Source: an uncultured Gemmatimonadales bacterium (GTDB taxonomy: Bacteria; Gemmatimonadota; Gemmatimonadetes; Longimicrobiales; RSA9). Taken from it: DNA of 64,000 nt. The DNA lies in contig CAWCRS010000012.1 of the NCBI GenBank assembly GCA_963798085.1, positions 1 through 64,000 on the forward strand, in the 5' to 3' direction. Under the pieces are notes generated by a model, which worked only from the letters and a program-made list of their open reading frames with translations, was not told the origin of the DNA and did not search any database. Below are positions 38,725 through 48,705 of the stretch, piece by piece (position 1 is the stretch's first letter; each line of letters begins with the position of its first letter). The translations under genes and the position numbers were made by a program.

Positions 38725-40308
38725 TTACCTCCCACCACGACCACCGCCACCGCCGCCGCCACCACCACCCGGGCCACGACCACCACCGCCCGGGCCTGTC
38801 GAGGCGCCAGGGATGGGACCATTGCTGGTGGCACGCTTGCGCATGTTGTCGAGGAATTCCTGCTGCGCCGCCTGCAGCCGCGCGACCGAGATGATCACCA
38901 CGTTCTCGCCCGGCTCGACGCCGCGGATCACTTCCGTGTCGTCGAAGTCATTGACACCCAGTGTGACGCTGCGCGGCTCGTAGCCGGTCGCGGTCTTGAC
39001 GAACAGCACGGCCGGGTGCGTGTCACCCTGTCGTGGACGGCCCCCATTGCCGCCACCCCGACCTTCGCCGTTGCCACCGCCACGACGCCCACCACCGTTG
39101 CCGCGGCCACCATCGGCACCCGCCGGCCGGCACTCGCGCAACTTCGTGCGATCTGCCTCGCTGATGTTCTGGAAGCCACCATCACGCACCTTCTGCATGA
39201 GCGCGGTGCAATCCGCGCTCGCCGCGCCGGCGGCCGGCGCCTGGCCGGTCGGCGTCGTGGGATGCGCCGCGGAATCACCCGGCTGCTGCGGCTCGCCCGC
39301 GCCCGCATCGGCCACCGGACCTTTGCCGTTGCGCAGAGCCGTGCGCACCTGCTCTTCCGTCATGCCCAGCACCAGGCCGGCGGCCGGCGCGTCACGCGTG
39401 CTGACCACCGCGGAGTTGGGGACCACGATCACGTTGGCACGGTGCGCAACCTGGATCTCGACATCCGCGTTCATGCCCACCTTGAGCAGGCCTTCGCTGT
39501 TGTCCAGCTCGACCAGCACAGGGAACATGGTGACGTTCTGATCGATGACGGCCTGCGGCTCGATCTTCTTTACCTGGCCGTTGAAGCGCCGCTGCGGATA
39601 GGCCTCGACCGACACGCTCACCGGCAGGCCCGGCTGGATCTTGCCCAGGTCGGTTTCATCCACGAGCGCCTTCACCTGCATGGTCGAGAGATCGGCCATC
39701 GTCATCAGCGTCGTGCCGCCCGATACGTTCTGGCTGGCCGACGCGATGATCGTCCCGACTTCGACCGTGCGTGTGATGATCGTGCCCGCACTGGGCGCCG
39801 TGATGCGCACGTCCTTCTGCTTCTCCTCGGCGAGCTGCAGCGCCGTCTTCGCCTTGACGAGCGCGGCCCTGGAGTTGGCCTCGTCCAGCTTGGCCGATTC
39901 CAGCTCCTGCTCGGTCGCCACGTTCGCCTTGCGCAGCTCTTCGGTGCGCGCACGTTGCGCGACCGATGTCGTCAGCCTGGCCTCCGCCACGTCGGCATCG
40001 GCCTTGGCCTGCTCATATGCGTTGTTCACGTCGCGGGGATCGATCTCCGCGAGCAGGTCACCGGAGTTGACGTGGATCCCGGTCTCCACGGGCAGCTTCA
40101 GGACTTCGCCGGACGCCTTGGACTTCACCTCGACCACGCGGATCGGCTGGATCGTGCCCGATGCTTCCGCCTTGATGTCGAGATCACGACGCTCGACTGT
40201 GGCGAACTCGGGCGCGGCCGCCGACTTCTGCTCAGCCTGCCCCTTGTTGCCGCAGCCCCACGCCGTAACCGTGGTGACCATGAGCGCCGCTGCAAACGTG
40301 CAGCGCAT
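38725..40308 (-). CDS. MacA-like periplasmic adaptor
   Basis: VEVKSKASG, hairpin, ITAPSAG and VDETD motifs. Confidence 0.9.
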   Translation of the reverse strand: MRCTFAAALMVTTVTAWGCGNKGQAEQKSAAAPEFATVERRDLDIKAEASGTIQPIRVVEVKSKASGEVLKLPVETGIHVNSGDLLAEIDPRDVNNAYEQAKADADVAEARLTTSVAQRARTEELRKANVATEQELESAKLDEANSRAALVKAKTALQLAEEKQKDVRITAPSAGTIITRTVEVGTIIASASQNVSGGTTLMTMADLSTMQVKALVDETDLGKIQPGLPVSVSVEAYPQRRFNGQVKKIEPQAVIDQNVTMFPVLVELDNSEGLLKVGMNADVEIQVAHRANVIVVPNSAVVSTRDAPAAGLVLGMTEEQVRTALRNGKGPVADAGAGEPQQPGDSAAHPTTPTGQAPAAGAASADCTALMQKVRDGGFQNISEADRTKLRECRPAGADGGRGNGGGRRGGGNGEGRGGGNGGRPRQGDTHPAVLFVKTATGYEPRSVTLGVNDFDDTEVIRGVEPGENVVIISVARLQAAQQEFLDNMRKRATSNGPIPGASTGPGGGGRGPGGGGGGGGGGRGGR

Positions 40309-40392
40309 TCCTCTGTTCAAGATCCACCTCCCAGGGTGTACATCGGCCCCGCCTCAGGGCAGGGACCGCCAGTATGCGTTGCTAACGGTTGC

Positions 40393-41724
40393 TTACAGTT
40401 CCCTGCCGACCAGTGATTCCAGCTGCGCCCGCGCCACCAGGTAGTCGTAACGCGCGCGGATCAGGTTGAGCTGTGCGCTCACCAGTGAAGCCTGCGACGT
40501 GATCTGGTCGAGAATCGTCGCCGCGCCCAGCTGATACCGGGTCTGGTTCACGCGCAGGTCTTCCTGCGCCACATCCACTGCCTGACGGGCAATGGTGATC
40601 TGCTGCTCGGCGAGGCGCACCGCATCAATGGCACTGCGCACACTCGCCCTCGCCTGCCGGCGGGCATCTTCCAGCTGCGCCTGCGAATTGCGCAGATTCA
40701 CGCGCGCCCGCTCGTTCGTATCCTCGCGACTGAATCGGTCGAACAGATTGTAGGACAGCGAGAGACTCGTGCTCCAGCTGCGGTTCAGGTGCGTGAACGA
40801 CGGGTTGTCGTTGTTGAACGTGTAGTTGCCCGACGCGCGCAGTGAGGGGAAATAGGCGGCGCGCGCGACACTCACGCCCGCATCCGTGGCGCGCACGGAC
40901 GCCTGCGCGGTCACCACGGCAGGCGACTGATCGATGGCAAGCTTCACCAGCTCGTCATCGCTGAGCGGCAGTGGCTGCGGCTCGGTGTTCGTGCTGAGGT
41001 CCACCGCGACCGGCCCGTCAATGCCGATCATGGCGCCCAGCCTGTAGGAATCGGCGCGCCGCGCGTTCTGCGCCTGCAGCAGCGCCTGCTGCGCCTGCAT
41101 GGCGGCGAGCTGCGCACGCAGCGAGTCGGAGCGTGTGGCCGAGCCCACCGCGAGCCGCTGCTCGGCTGCGCGCAGGCCCTGCATGGCCTGATCGAGCGCG
41201 GCCTGCTGCGACCGAATCGTCTCTTCGTCGCGAATCACGTTGAAGTAGGTCGACTTGGTGTCCAGCACGACCTGGAAACGCTGCTGCACGAGGGACGCTT
41301 CCGCGGACGCCGTGTTGGCGCGGTTCTGGTTCAGCTGCGCGCCGCGGCGGAAACCGGTGAACAGGTCGATGCTCGACGAGATGTTGGCGTTGTAGCTGTC
41401 ATTCGAGCCGCTGCTGACCACCGTGTTGGTGGTCGGGTTGAAGCGCGAGTTGCTGGACAGCGAGGCGCCGCTGCCGAACGAGAGGTTGGGCAGGAACGCA
41501 CCCATGGCCGTGCGTTCGGCGGATTCCGATGTGGCGATCGTGCCCTGGCGCTGAACCATGGTGGGGTTCACGCGCAACGCCAGCTCAATGGCTTCGGACA
41601 GGGTGACCGTTCGCGTCTGCTGCGCCGTGCTCTCCTGCTGTGCACCGGCGGACGCCGCAAAAACCAGCAAGGCGAGCGGCACTGCCGCGCGCGTCGTCGT
41701 CTTCATTTTCCGTATTCCCATCAT
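40393..41724 (-). CDS. TolC family outer-membrane factor
   Basis: TLSEAIELAL..NP, duplicated OEP repeats, YQLGAAT. Confidence 0.9.
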   Translation of the reverse strand: MMGIRKMKTTTRAAVPLALLVFAASAGAQQESTAQQTRTVTLSEAIELALRVNPTMVQRQGTIATSESAERTAMGAFLPNLSFGSGASLSSNSRFNPTTNTVVSSGSNDSYNANISSSIDLFTGFRRGAQLNQNRANTASAEASLVQQRFQVVLDTKSTYFNVIRDEETIRSQQAALDQAMQGLRAAEQRLAVGSATRSDSLRAQLAAMQAQQALLQAQNARRADSYRLGAMIGIDGPVAVDLSTNTEPQPLPLSDDELVKLAIDQSPAVVTAQASVRATDAGVSVARAAYFPSLRASGNYTFNNDNPSFTHLNRSWSTSLSLSYNLFDRFSREDTNERARVNLRNSQAQLEDARRQARASVRSAIDAVRLAEQQITIARQAVDVAQEDLRVNQTRYQLGAATILDQITSQASLVSAQLNLIRARYDYLVARAQLESLVGREL

Positions 41725-42233
41725 GGGTGCCGTGGTGGCCCGAACGGGCCGCGTCCATCGCGGCCGCCCTGGCGGTTGTCTCCGTTCTGCTGCGGCGTAC
41801 CGCAGCGCTGCCTGCGCTCCTCGCGGCGCACTGAATCACGGCGCGCCCACTCGGTGCGACGGCGGTCCATCTCGGTCCGCTGCTCGGGCGTCAGGATGGT
41901 GCGGATGTCGGCGCGAGTACCCTCGATGATCGAGTCCCAGCGCGGGCGATACGACTGCCAGAGCGAATCCGTGCGCGTGCGCGACTTCTGCAGCACGCCC
42001 TGGATCTGTGCGCTCTGCCCGTCGGACAGACCGAGGTCGTCGTAGGGCGTGTGGCCGGACGCCGGCCGGCCGCAGTCATCCACCCGCCGATCCGGCTGCT
42101 GCGTGCGCGGATCCGGATCCTTGCTGCGACGCACGCGTTCCACCGCTACGCCGCCCATGGCACCGGCCGCGAATGTCAGCAGCAGCGCGACTACGCCCAG
42201 CAGCTGGAGCCGACCGCCCTTGGCCAGACTCAC
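41721..42233 (-). CDS. Membrane-anchored LTxxQ helical protein
   Basis: N-terminal TM segment; LSDGQ and LTPEQ motifs. Confidence 0.7.
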   Translation of the reverse strand: MSLAKGGRLQLLGVVALLLTFAAGAMGGVAVERVRRSKDPDPRTQQPDRRVDDCGRPASGHTPYDDLGLSDGQSAQIQGVLQKSRTRTDSLWQSYRPRWDSIIEGTRADIRTILTPEQRTEMDRRRTEWARRDSVRREERRQRCGTPQQNGDNRQGGRDGRGPFGPPRHP

Positions 42234-42580
42234 TGGTTGCCGCCCTCCAGAGCGACGAGCAGGTCAGCGGTCGTGGGCGAGCGGCCCTCTTCGAGCCATG
42301 CCTGGACCGGCTCGTTCACGCCGATCACACGCACCACCGGCACCCACGTCTGCTGCGGGCGGATGAGTGCGAGCGCGCCGCCGGACAGCGCGGCCACGAT
42401 CGAAGCGGCGGCCAGCGCGGGCCACGCCCAGCGACCCAGCAGGCCCAGTACGCCGGTGCGCGATGCGCGCCATGCCAGTTCCGGGGCGGCCTGCTGCCGG
42501 ATGGCGCTGAGAAGCGCCTCCCAGTGCACCGCGTCCGTCGACGGATCCAGTGGCGAAAGATCCAGCCGATCCTCGTCCAT
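42230..42580 (-). CDS. Putative anti-sigma membrane protein
   Basis: Single TM segment, directly downstream of the ECF sigma. Confidence 0.6.
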   Translation of the reverse strand: MDEDRLDLSPLDPSTDAVHWEALLSAIRQQAAPELAWRASRTGVLGLLGRWAWPALAAASIVAALSGGALALIRPQQTWVPVVRVIGVNEPVQAWLEEGRSPTTADLLVALEGGNQ

Positions 42581-43132
42581 TCAATCCTCCTTGCGGGTCT
42601 CTTCGACGCCGAGACGCTCGCGTACGGCACGACGAGCCTGAAACAACGTGTATCGCACGGTCCCTTCCTTCATGCCCAGCGCTTCGCCGATTTCGCGATG
42701 GCGCCAGCCTTCCAGATCATGCAGCAGGAGTACTTCGCGCTGCTTGTGCGGCAGCGGCTCCATCGCATCCAGCAATCTCTTCCGCAAGTTGGCCCGATCG
42801 AGGTCCGTGCCCGGATCGCCCGGGCTGCGCAACCCGGCTGCCCACTCCAGGGGCTCGCTGCGGCGGACCCGCCGCTTGCGGTGCAGACTGATCGCGCGAT
42901 TGTGCACGATCCGCATGAGCCACGCGGCGAAACGGTCCGGCTGACAGCTGTCGATCCGTTCGAGCGCAGAGATGAACGCGTCCTGCACCACATCCTCAGC
43001 GTCCGCCTGCTCGAGCACTACGCTCAACGCGACCGCGTATGCCGGTCGCAGGTACCGCCGGGTCAGTTCATCGAAGGCGCTCGCGTCTCCGCCGCGGGCC
43101 CGCTCTACGAGAACTTCGTCCGGTTGCCGCAT
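42581..43132 (-). CDS. ECF RNA polymerase sigma factor
   Basis: DAEDVVQDAF, FAAWLMRI and EIGEALG..EGTV motifs. Confidence 0.9.
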   Translation of the reverse strand: MRQPDEVLVERARGGDASAFDELTRRYLRPAYAVALSVVLEQADAEDVVQDAFISALERIDSCQPDRFAAWLMRIVHNRAISLHRKRRVRRSEPLEWAAGLRSPGDPGTDLDRANLRKRLLDAMEPLPHKQREVLLLHDLEGWRHREIGEALGMKEGTVRYTLFQARRAVRERLGVEETRKED

Positions 43133-43288
43133 CGACTGTCTATTGACGCACGGGGCGGTTATAGCGTTGGCGCGCAGCGGCGGCCCGCCGCGAGGCCCGA
43201 CCGCCTGCCGCCCGGCCCGTGGCAGGACCGACGCGCCAGCCGGCGGCGCGCACTACCCGCCTGCCTGTCCGCGACCCTGCCATCCGCC

Positions 43289-45535
43289 TCAGCGATTGAT
43301 CTCCACAGCCGGGTCCGACCCCTTGAGGAAGCGTTCCAGATAGCGGAAATAGATGTGCATCATCAGCAGGTAACTCTGCGCGTTGTACGCGGCGCCGTGC
43401 GCGCCCGGCGGGAAAATGCGCAGGTCCACATCCTTGCCCGCATTGGTGAACGCCGTCAGCATGTGCATGGTGTTCACCGGGTGCACATTGTCATCCATCA
43501 TGGAGTGCACGAGCAGCAGCCGGCCGTGCAGTTTGTCGGCGAGGTCCACCGCCGAGCTCTGCGCGTAGCCCTTCTCGTTGTCGCTCAGCGTGCTCATGTA
43601 GCGCTCGGTGTAGATGGTGTCGTAGAGACGCCAGTCGCTCACCGGTGAATTGGCAATGCCCAGCGTGAACGCGTCCGGGTACGCGAGCATTGTGTAGAGC
43701 GTGCTGTAACCGCCATAGCTGGTGCCCATGATGGCCATGTGCGAGCCATCGACCCAGGACTGCTTTGCCAGCCACTGCGCGGCCTCCGCAAAGTCGTGCG
43801 CTTCGTACCTGCCCAGCGATTTGTAGACGACTTTCATGAAATCGCGACTGTAGTTGGCCGTGCCGCGATTGTTGAGGCCCACGACGATGTAGCCCTGCTG
43901 CGCCAGCCACTGGTCCCAGCCACTGCTGTCGAAGGCGTTGTAGACCTGCTGCGAGCCGGGCCCGCCGTAGATGGCCATGACCACGGGATAACGCTTCGTG
44001 GAATCGAACGGCACGGGCCGCACCATCGAGCCATCGAGGCGGGCACCATCCGACGTGGTGAAGCTGAACAGCCGCATGGGCGAGTAGGTGTGCCCGCTCA
44101 GCCACGTGCTGACAGCCGTGTTAGCCTCCAGCACGGAAATGCGCCTGCCGGCACTCGACCACAGCTCGACCCGCCGCGGCTGCGTGGTGCTGGACCAGCT
44201 GTCAATGTAGAAGCGCGCGTTCGGCCCCATGTCAATGCTGTGCCGGCCGGGCGGCGTGGTGATGCGCTGCTGCCCCGTGCCATCGAAACGGATCGACCAG
44301 AGCTGCCGCTCCAGGGGCGAAGGCTGCGTCAATGTGTAATAGACTGTTCGGTTCTTCACGTCGATGCCTTCGACGCGCGTGACCGTCCAGTCGCCTTTCG
44401 TCACCTGCCCCAGCAGGCGGCCGGCGTAGTCGTAGCGGTAAATGTGCTGGTGGCCGTCGCGGTCGGAGATCCAGAAGAACTCGCGCAGGCCCGCCGGGAA
44501 CGTGACCAGGTCGTTCACACCGGCATAGAAGTCGTAGACATCGATCCACGTGTCCGACGTCTGCGTCAGCACCAGACGGCCCTCGCCCGTGCCCACATCG
44601 AAGAAGTACAGCTTCATGGTGTTCTGCGGGCGATTCAGCGTCATGAGCGCGAGCGTGTCGCGCGCGCCCGTCCAGTACATGCGCGGAATGTAGTACTCGC
44701 CCGCTTCGTGCGGATCCAGCCAGACCCGATTGCCGCTGCTCACATCGACCACACCAATGCGGACATTCGCGTTGCGGTCGCCGGGCTGCGGAATGCGCAG
44801 CGGCTCCCACTCGGGATGCGGGCCGGCGAAATCGCTCAGCTGGATGAAGGGCTCCGGACTCTCGTCCACCTGCCAGAAGGCGATGTGGCGCGAGTCCGGC
44901 GACCAGTTCCACGCCTGCGCCTGGCCGAACTCTTCTTCGTAGACCCAGTCGAAATGGCCGTTGTACGTGGTCTCCGTGGCGTCACGAGTCAGCTGCTGCT
45001 CGTGTGCGTTCGCCAGGTCGGACACGAACAGATTGCCGCCGCGCTCGTAACCGAGAATTGCGCCATCGGGCGACAGCTCGGCCGTGCGCGCGCCCCTGGT
45101 TGCCAGCTCCAGCGCGCGATTCGCCGGCGTGTAGATGTAGTAGTCCGACGTGCCGGAGCGGCGGAACAGCTGCTGGAAGTTGGCCTGGAAAACCAGGTGC
45201 TTCGAGTCCGCCGACCACTGGAACGCCTCGTAGCGGAAGGGCTGCGTGGTTCCCGGGAAGTTGAGACCCGAGCCATCGAAGAGCAGGGTGTCGCGGCCGC
45301 TCGCCGGATCCAGCACACGGATCTCGGAGCGGCCCGACTGCGCATTGCGGGTCACATAGCTGAAGCGGTTGCCACCCTCGATCCAGTTCACGTTCTGCGG
45401 ACCGGCGCCGCCGGACAGCGCACCGCTCGCACCCAGCGCTTCGTCGAGGGACGCGAAGCGCTGTTGCTGCGCGGCGGCCGGGGCCACGCCAATGGCACAC
45501 AATGTCAGGGAGAGCAGCAGGCGATTCATCTGCAT
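43289..45535 (-). CDS. S9B dipeptidyl-peptidase IV family
   Basis: DWVYEEE, GTSYGG, DDNVH and catalytic His motif GAH. Confidence 0.9.
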   Translation of the reverse strand: MQMNRLLLSLTLCAIGVAPAAAQQQRFASLDEALGASGALSGGAGPQNVNWIEGGNRFSYVTRNAQSGRSEIRVLDPASGRDTLLFDGSGLNFPGTTQPFRYEAFQWSADSKHLVFQANFQQLFRRSGTSDYYIYTPANRALELATRGARTAELSPDGAILGYERGGNLFVSDLANAHEQQLTRDATETTYNGHFDWVYEEEFGQAQAWNWSPDSRHIAFWQVDESPEPFIQLSDFAGPHPEWEPLRIPQPGDRNANVRIGVVDVSSGNRVWLDPHEAGEYYIPRMYWTGARDTLALMTLNRPQNTMKLYFFDVGTGEGRLVLTQTSDTWIDVYDFYAGVNDLVTFPAGLREFFWISDRDGHQHIYRYDYAGRLLGQVTKGDWTVTRVEGIDVKNRTVYYTLTQPSPLERQLWSIRFDGTGQQRITTPPGRHSIDMGPNARFYIDSWSSTTQPRRVELWSSAGRRISVLEANTAVSTWLSGHTYSPMRLFSFTTSDGARLDGSMVRPVPFDSTKRYPVVMAIYGGPGSQQVYNAFDSSGWDQWLAQQGYIVVGLNNRGTANYSRDFMKVVYKSLGRYEAHDFAEAAQWLAKQSWVDGSHMAIMGTSYGGYSTLYTMLAYPDAFTLGIANSPVSDWRLYDTIYTERYMSTLSDNEKGYAQSSAVDLADKLHGRLLLVHSMMDDNVHPVNTMHMLTAFTNAGKDVDLRIFPPGAHGAAYNAQSYLLMMHIYFRYLERFLKGSDPAVEINR

Positions 45536-45689
45536 CTTCTTCGTTCCCGTCTCCGTTGATTCGGTTGCAAAGCCAGGGTGCAGCCGGGATTCGCGGACGC
45601 GGAACGCGAGATGATGCGACACGCTCAGCGCGTGCCCGGCCCGGCCCTCCTCGCGCGCGAATCCGCGTTCATGCCGGGGGAACTATCCG

Positions 45690-47681
45690 CTACGACGTCG
45701 CGGCTGTCCATACGTTGTTGGTGCGATTGATGTCGACGAGTCGATGATCGGGATCGAGCTCGATCTTCGCCGGCCGCTTGCCCACGAACGTGTAGTGGCG
45801 CACGTAGTGCGCGGCGTCCATGCTCCACACCTCGGCCGGGTAGTCGAAGTCCTCCACGGTGCCGTCGCTGAGCGTGATGCGCGCACGGATGGGCAGCACG
45901 CCGCGCTCGTGGTTGCCGTAGACCACGGTGACTGTGGTGGTGTCGCCTTCCTGCGCTACCGCCACCGAATCGAGCGCCTGATCGAAGCGCTGGTTCTGCT
46001 CGAACCACTCGCGCCAGAACCAGTCGAGCCTGCGGCCGGATCCGTCTTCCATGGTGCGGAAGAAATCGGCGGGCGTCGGATGCTTGTAGGCCCAGCGCCG
46101 GATGTAGAGGCGGAACGCGTCGTCGAATGCTTCCGGCCCCAGGATCTCCTGGCGCAGCAGCTGCAGCCCGACCGACGGCTTGTAGTACGCCTCGATGCCC
46201 AGCATGGGCGGATCGATGCGATCCGGCGGGCGATCCACGGGCTGATCGAAGTGCCGGGCCATGGCCTGCTCGATCAGCATGCGCTCGCGACCCGCGCGCT
46301 CCATCTGATCGCCACGGTCCGGATAGCGCTTCGCTTCGGAGAAGGTGTTGATGAAGGTGTTGAAGCCCTCGTCCTGCCACATGTACAGGCGCTCGTTGCT
46401 GCCCACGATCATGGGGAACCAGTTATGGCCGATCTCGTGGGTGATCACATTGTAGAGGTCGGGCCGGTCCTGGCCGTTCGCTTCCATGGCCAGCATCGGG
46501 TACTCCATGCCGCTGATGGGCCCCTCGACCGCCGAGATCTGCGGGTACGGATACGGGAACCAGCGCGTCGAATACTCCTCGATCGACATCCTCGCCTGGT
46601 CCGCGCCATCACTCCAGTTCGCGGCAGCCGCCGGACGGTAGTAGGCCTGGGCCAGGATACCATGCCAGCTGGAGGCATCCCACTGGTACTCAGGCGACGC
46701 CGCCCATGCCACGTCCCGTACGTTGTCCGCCCTGAACTTCCACGTCAGCATCCCGCTCGCGCGCGGGCGGGCGCTGCCATCCTTCAGCTCGGCGGCCGTC
46801 ACGATCGCGACCGGCGTGTCCGACTTCGCCGCCTTCGCCAGGCGGGCGATCTGTGCGGGCGTCAGCACTTCGATCGCGTTGGTGAGCATGCCCGTGCCCG
46901 CCACGATGTAGCCTGCGGGCACCGTGACGTCGTACGTGAAGTCGCCGTACTCGAGGTAGAACTCGCCCTGTCCCAGATAGGGCTCGAAGTTCCAGCCGTG
47001 CACGTCGTCGTAGACCGCGACGCGCGGATACCACTGCGCCAGCTCGAACAATGGACCATCGCGACCCATGCGGTCGGCGCCGTGTTCGGGCACCTCGAAA
47101 TGCCAGGCCACCTCCAGCGTGGCGGTGGCGCCGGGCGCGAGCGGCTGCGCCAGGTCCACCTTCATCACCGTGCCGTTCGCGCGCGACTCGAGCGGGACGG
47201 CGCGGCCCGGCTTGCCCGGCGCACCCGGCAGCCGCTGCACCAGCCGGTCCATCATGTCGCCACCCTCGAAACCGCGCGCGCCGAAGCGTGCCTCCTCCGG
47301 AAAGACGTAGGAGTTCAGCGAATTGCGCTTGAACGCGTTCTGCTCGACCTGCAGCCAGAGGAAGGACAGCGTGTCCGGCGAGTGGTTCGTGTACCGCAGC
47401 GTCAGCTCGCCCTTGAGCGACTTCGACGCCGTGTCGAGCGTCGCCTTCAGTGCGTAGTCGGCGCGGTTCTGCCAGTAGCGCGGGCCCGGTGCGCCGGAAG
47501 CGGATCGATAGAGATTCGGGTCGCGCAGGCGCAGGGGCGCGAAGATCGACGTGTCGCCTACAGCCTGAAACGACTTGGCCTGTGCCGCCTGCGTGCTGCC
47601 TGTCTGTCCGCTCGTGCCCTGGGCGGCGACGCCGGTCGCCAGCACGAGCACCAGCAAAATGCCCACATGCGATGCGCGCAT
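45690..47681 (-). CDS. M1 family metalloaminopeptidase
   Basis: GMEYP and HEIGH...DEG motifs; signal peptide. Confidence 0.9.
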   Translation of the reverse strand: MRASHVGILLVLVLATGVAAQGTSGQTGSTQAAQAKSFQAVGDTSIFAPLRLRDPNLYRSASGAPGPRYWQNRADYALKATLDTASKSLKGELTLRYTNHSPDTLSFLWLQVEQNAFKRNSLNSYVFPEEARFGARGFEGGDMMDRLVQRLPGAPGKPGRAVPLESRANGTVMKVDLAQPLAPGATATLEVAWHFEVPEHGADRMGRDGPLFELAQWYPRVAVYDDVHGWNFEPYLGQGEFYLEYGDFTYDVTVPAGYIVAGTGMLTNAIEVLTPAQIARLAKAAKSDTPVAIVTAAELKDGSARPRASGMLTWKFRADNVRDVAWAASPEYQWDASSWHGILAQAYYRPAAAANWSDGADQARMSIEEYSTRWFPYPYPQISAVEGPISGMEYPMLAMEANGQDRPDLYNVITHEIGHNWFPMIVGSNERLYMWQDEGFNTFINTFSEAKRYPDRGDQMERAGRERMLIEQAMARHFDQPVDRPPDRIDPPMLGIEAYYKPSVGLQLLRQEILGPEAFDDAFRLYIRRWAYKHPTPADFFRTMEDGSGRRLDWFWREWFEQNQRFDQALDSVAVAQEGDTTTVTVVYGNHERGVLPIRARITLSDGTVEDFDYPAEVWSMDAAHYVRHYTFVGKRPAKIELDPDHRLVDINRTNNVWTAATS

Positions 47682-47816
47682 GAAGCTCTCCTTGTGCCAC
47701 CCAGATTCATTCGGGGTGGCGAGCACATACACAGCGTAAGGCTGGTCGTTCCTGCGGGTTGGCGGACGGCAATTGCATACCTTGCCGTATACGATACCTC
47801 CGCGTAGCTTCCCCGT

Positions 47817-48704
47817 ATGAGCCGCAATCTCGACCACTTCGGCCAGAACGACCACGCGGGCACCCACCCCGGTGTCACGTTCGCCGCCGCGCGCGCCGAA
47901 GTCGCCAGCGAGGTACGGCCCCTCGTGAGCGCCGCCGATCTGGTCGCATGCGTTCGACTGCAGCAGCTGACCTGGGGACCCGGCTATCGGGACACCGTGC
48001 CGGCCTCCGTGCTCAAGGTCTCGCAGAAGGTGGGCGGCCTGGCCGCCGGCGCGTTTGCCGTCGATGGCGAGCTGCTGGGCTTCGTCTATGGGTTGACCGG
48101 GCTCGATCCGCAGGGTCGGATCGTGCACTGGTCACACATGCTCGCGGTGCATCCGGCGTGGCGAGATCACGGCATTGGCCGGCGCCTGAAGCAGTACCAG
48201 CGCGAGTACCTGCGTGAGCTGGGCGTCGAGGTGATGCACTGGTCGTTCGATCCGCTGGTGGCGAGGAACGCGCACCTGAATGTGAACGTGCTGGGCGCCC
48301 GCCTGGTGGAGTACGTCCCCGACATGTACGCGGACACGGGCAGTGACCTGCACACGTTCGGCACGGACCGCTGGGTCGCGGAATGGCCTGTGAGTCCGCT
48401 GGCAGGCGCGCTGCCGGAAGCTGTGGCCGGGCACCGCCAGGCGCCGGTGTGGTCCGGCCACAGCGATGGCGCCGGCGGCAACGGCGGGAGTCATGGTGAG
48501 GTCGACGCCCCGCCGCCTGTGGTGCGTGTGGAGATCCCGCTGGACGCGGAGACGGCCGGGCCGACCGCACTGCCCGAGCTGCTGGGCTGGCGCCAGCGCA
48601 CGCGCGCGGCGTTCCTCTGCCTGCTGGGCCGCGGCTATGGCGTCCGGAGCTTCTACCGGGACGCCGGCCGCTGCTTCTACGTGCTGACCCGATCCTCCAG
48701 CTGA
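47817..48704 (+). CDS. GNAT acyltransferase (putative D-amino acid N-succinyltransferase type)
   Basis: HWSHMLAV, WSFDPL..RNAHLN and TDR motifs; adjacent to OSBS/NSAR. Confidence 0.75.
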   Translation: MSRNLDHFGQNDHAGTHPGVTFAAARAEVASEVRPLVSAADLVACVRLQQLTWGPGYRDTVPASVLKVSQKVGGLAAGAFAVDGELLGFVYGLTGLDPQGRIVHWSHMLAVHPAWRDHGIGRRLKQYQREYLRELGVEVMHWSFDPLVARNAHLNVNVLGARLVEYVPDMYADTGSDLHTFGTDRWVAEWPVSPLAGALPEAVAGHRQAPVWSGHSDGAGGNGGSHGEVDAPPPVVRVEIPLDAETAGPTALPELLGWRQRTRAAFLCLLGRGYGVRSFYRDAGRCFYVLTRSSS

Positions 48705-48705
48705 C

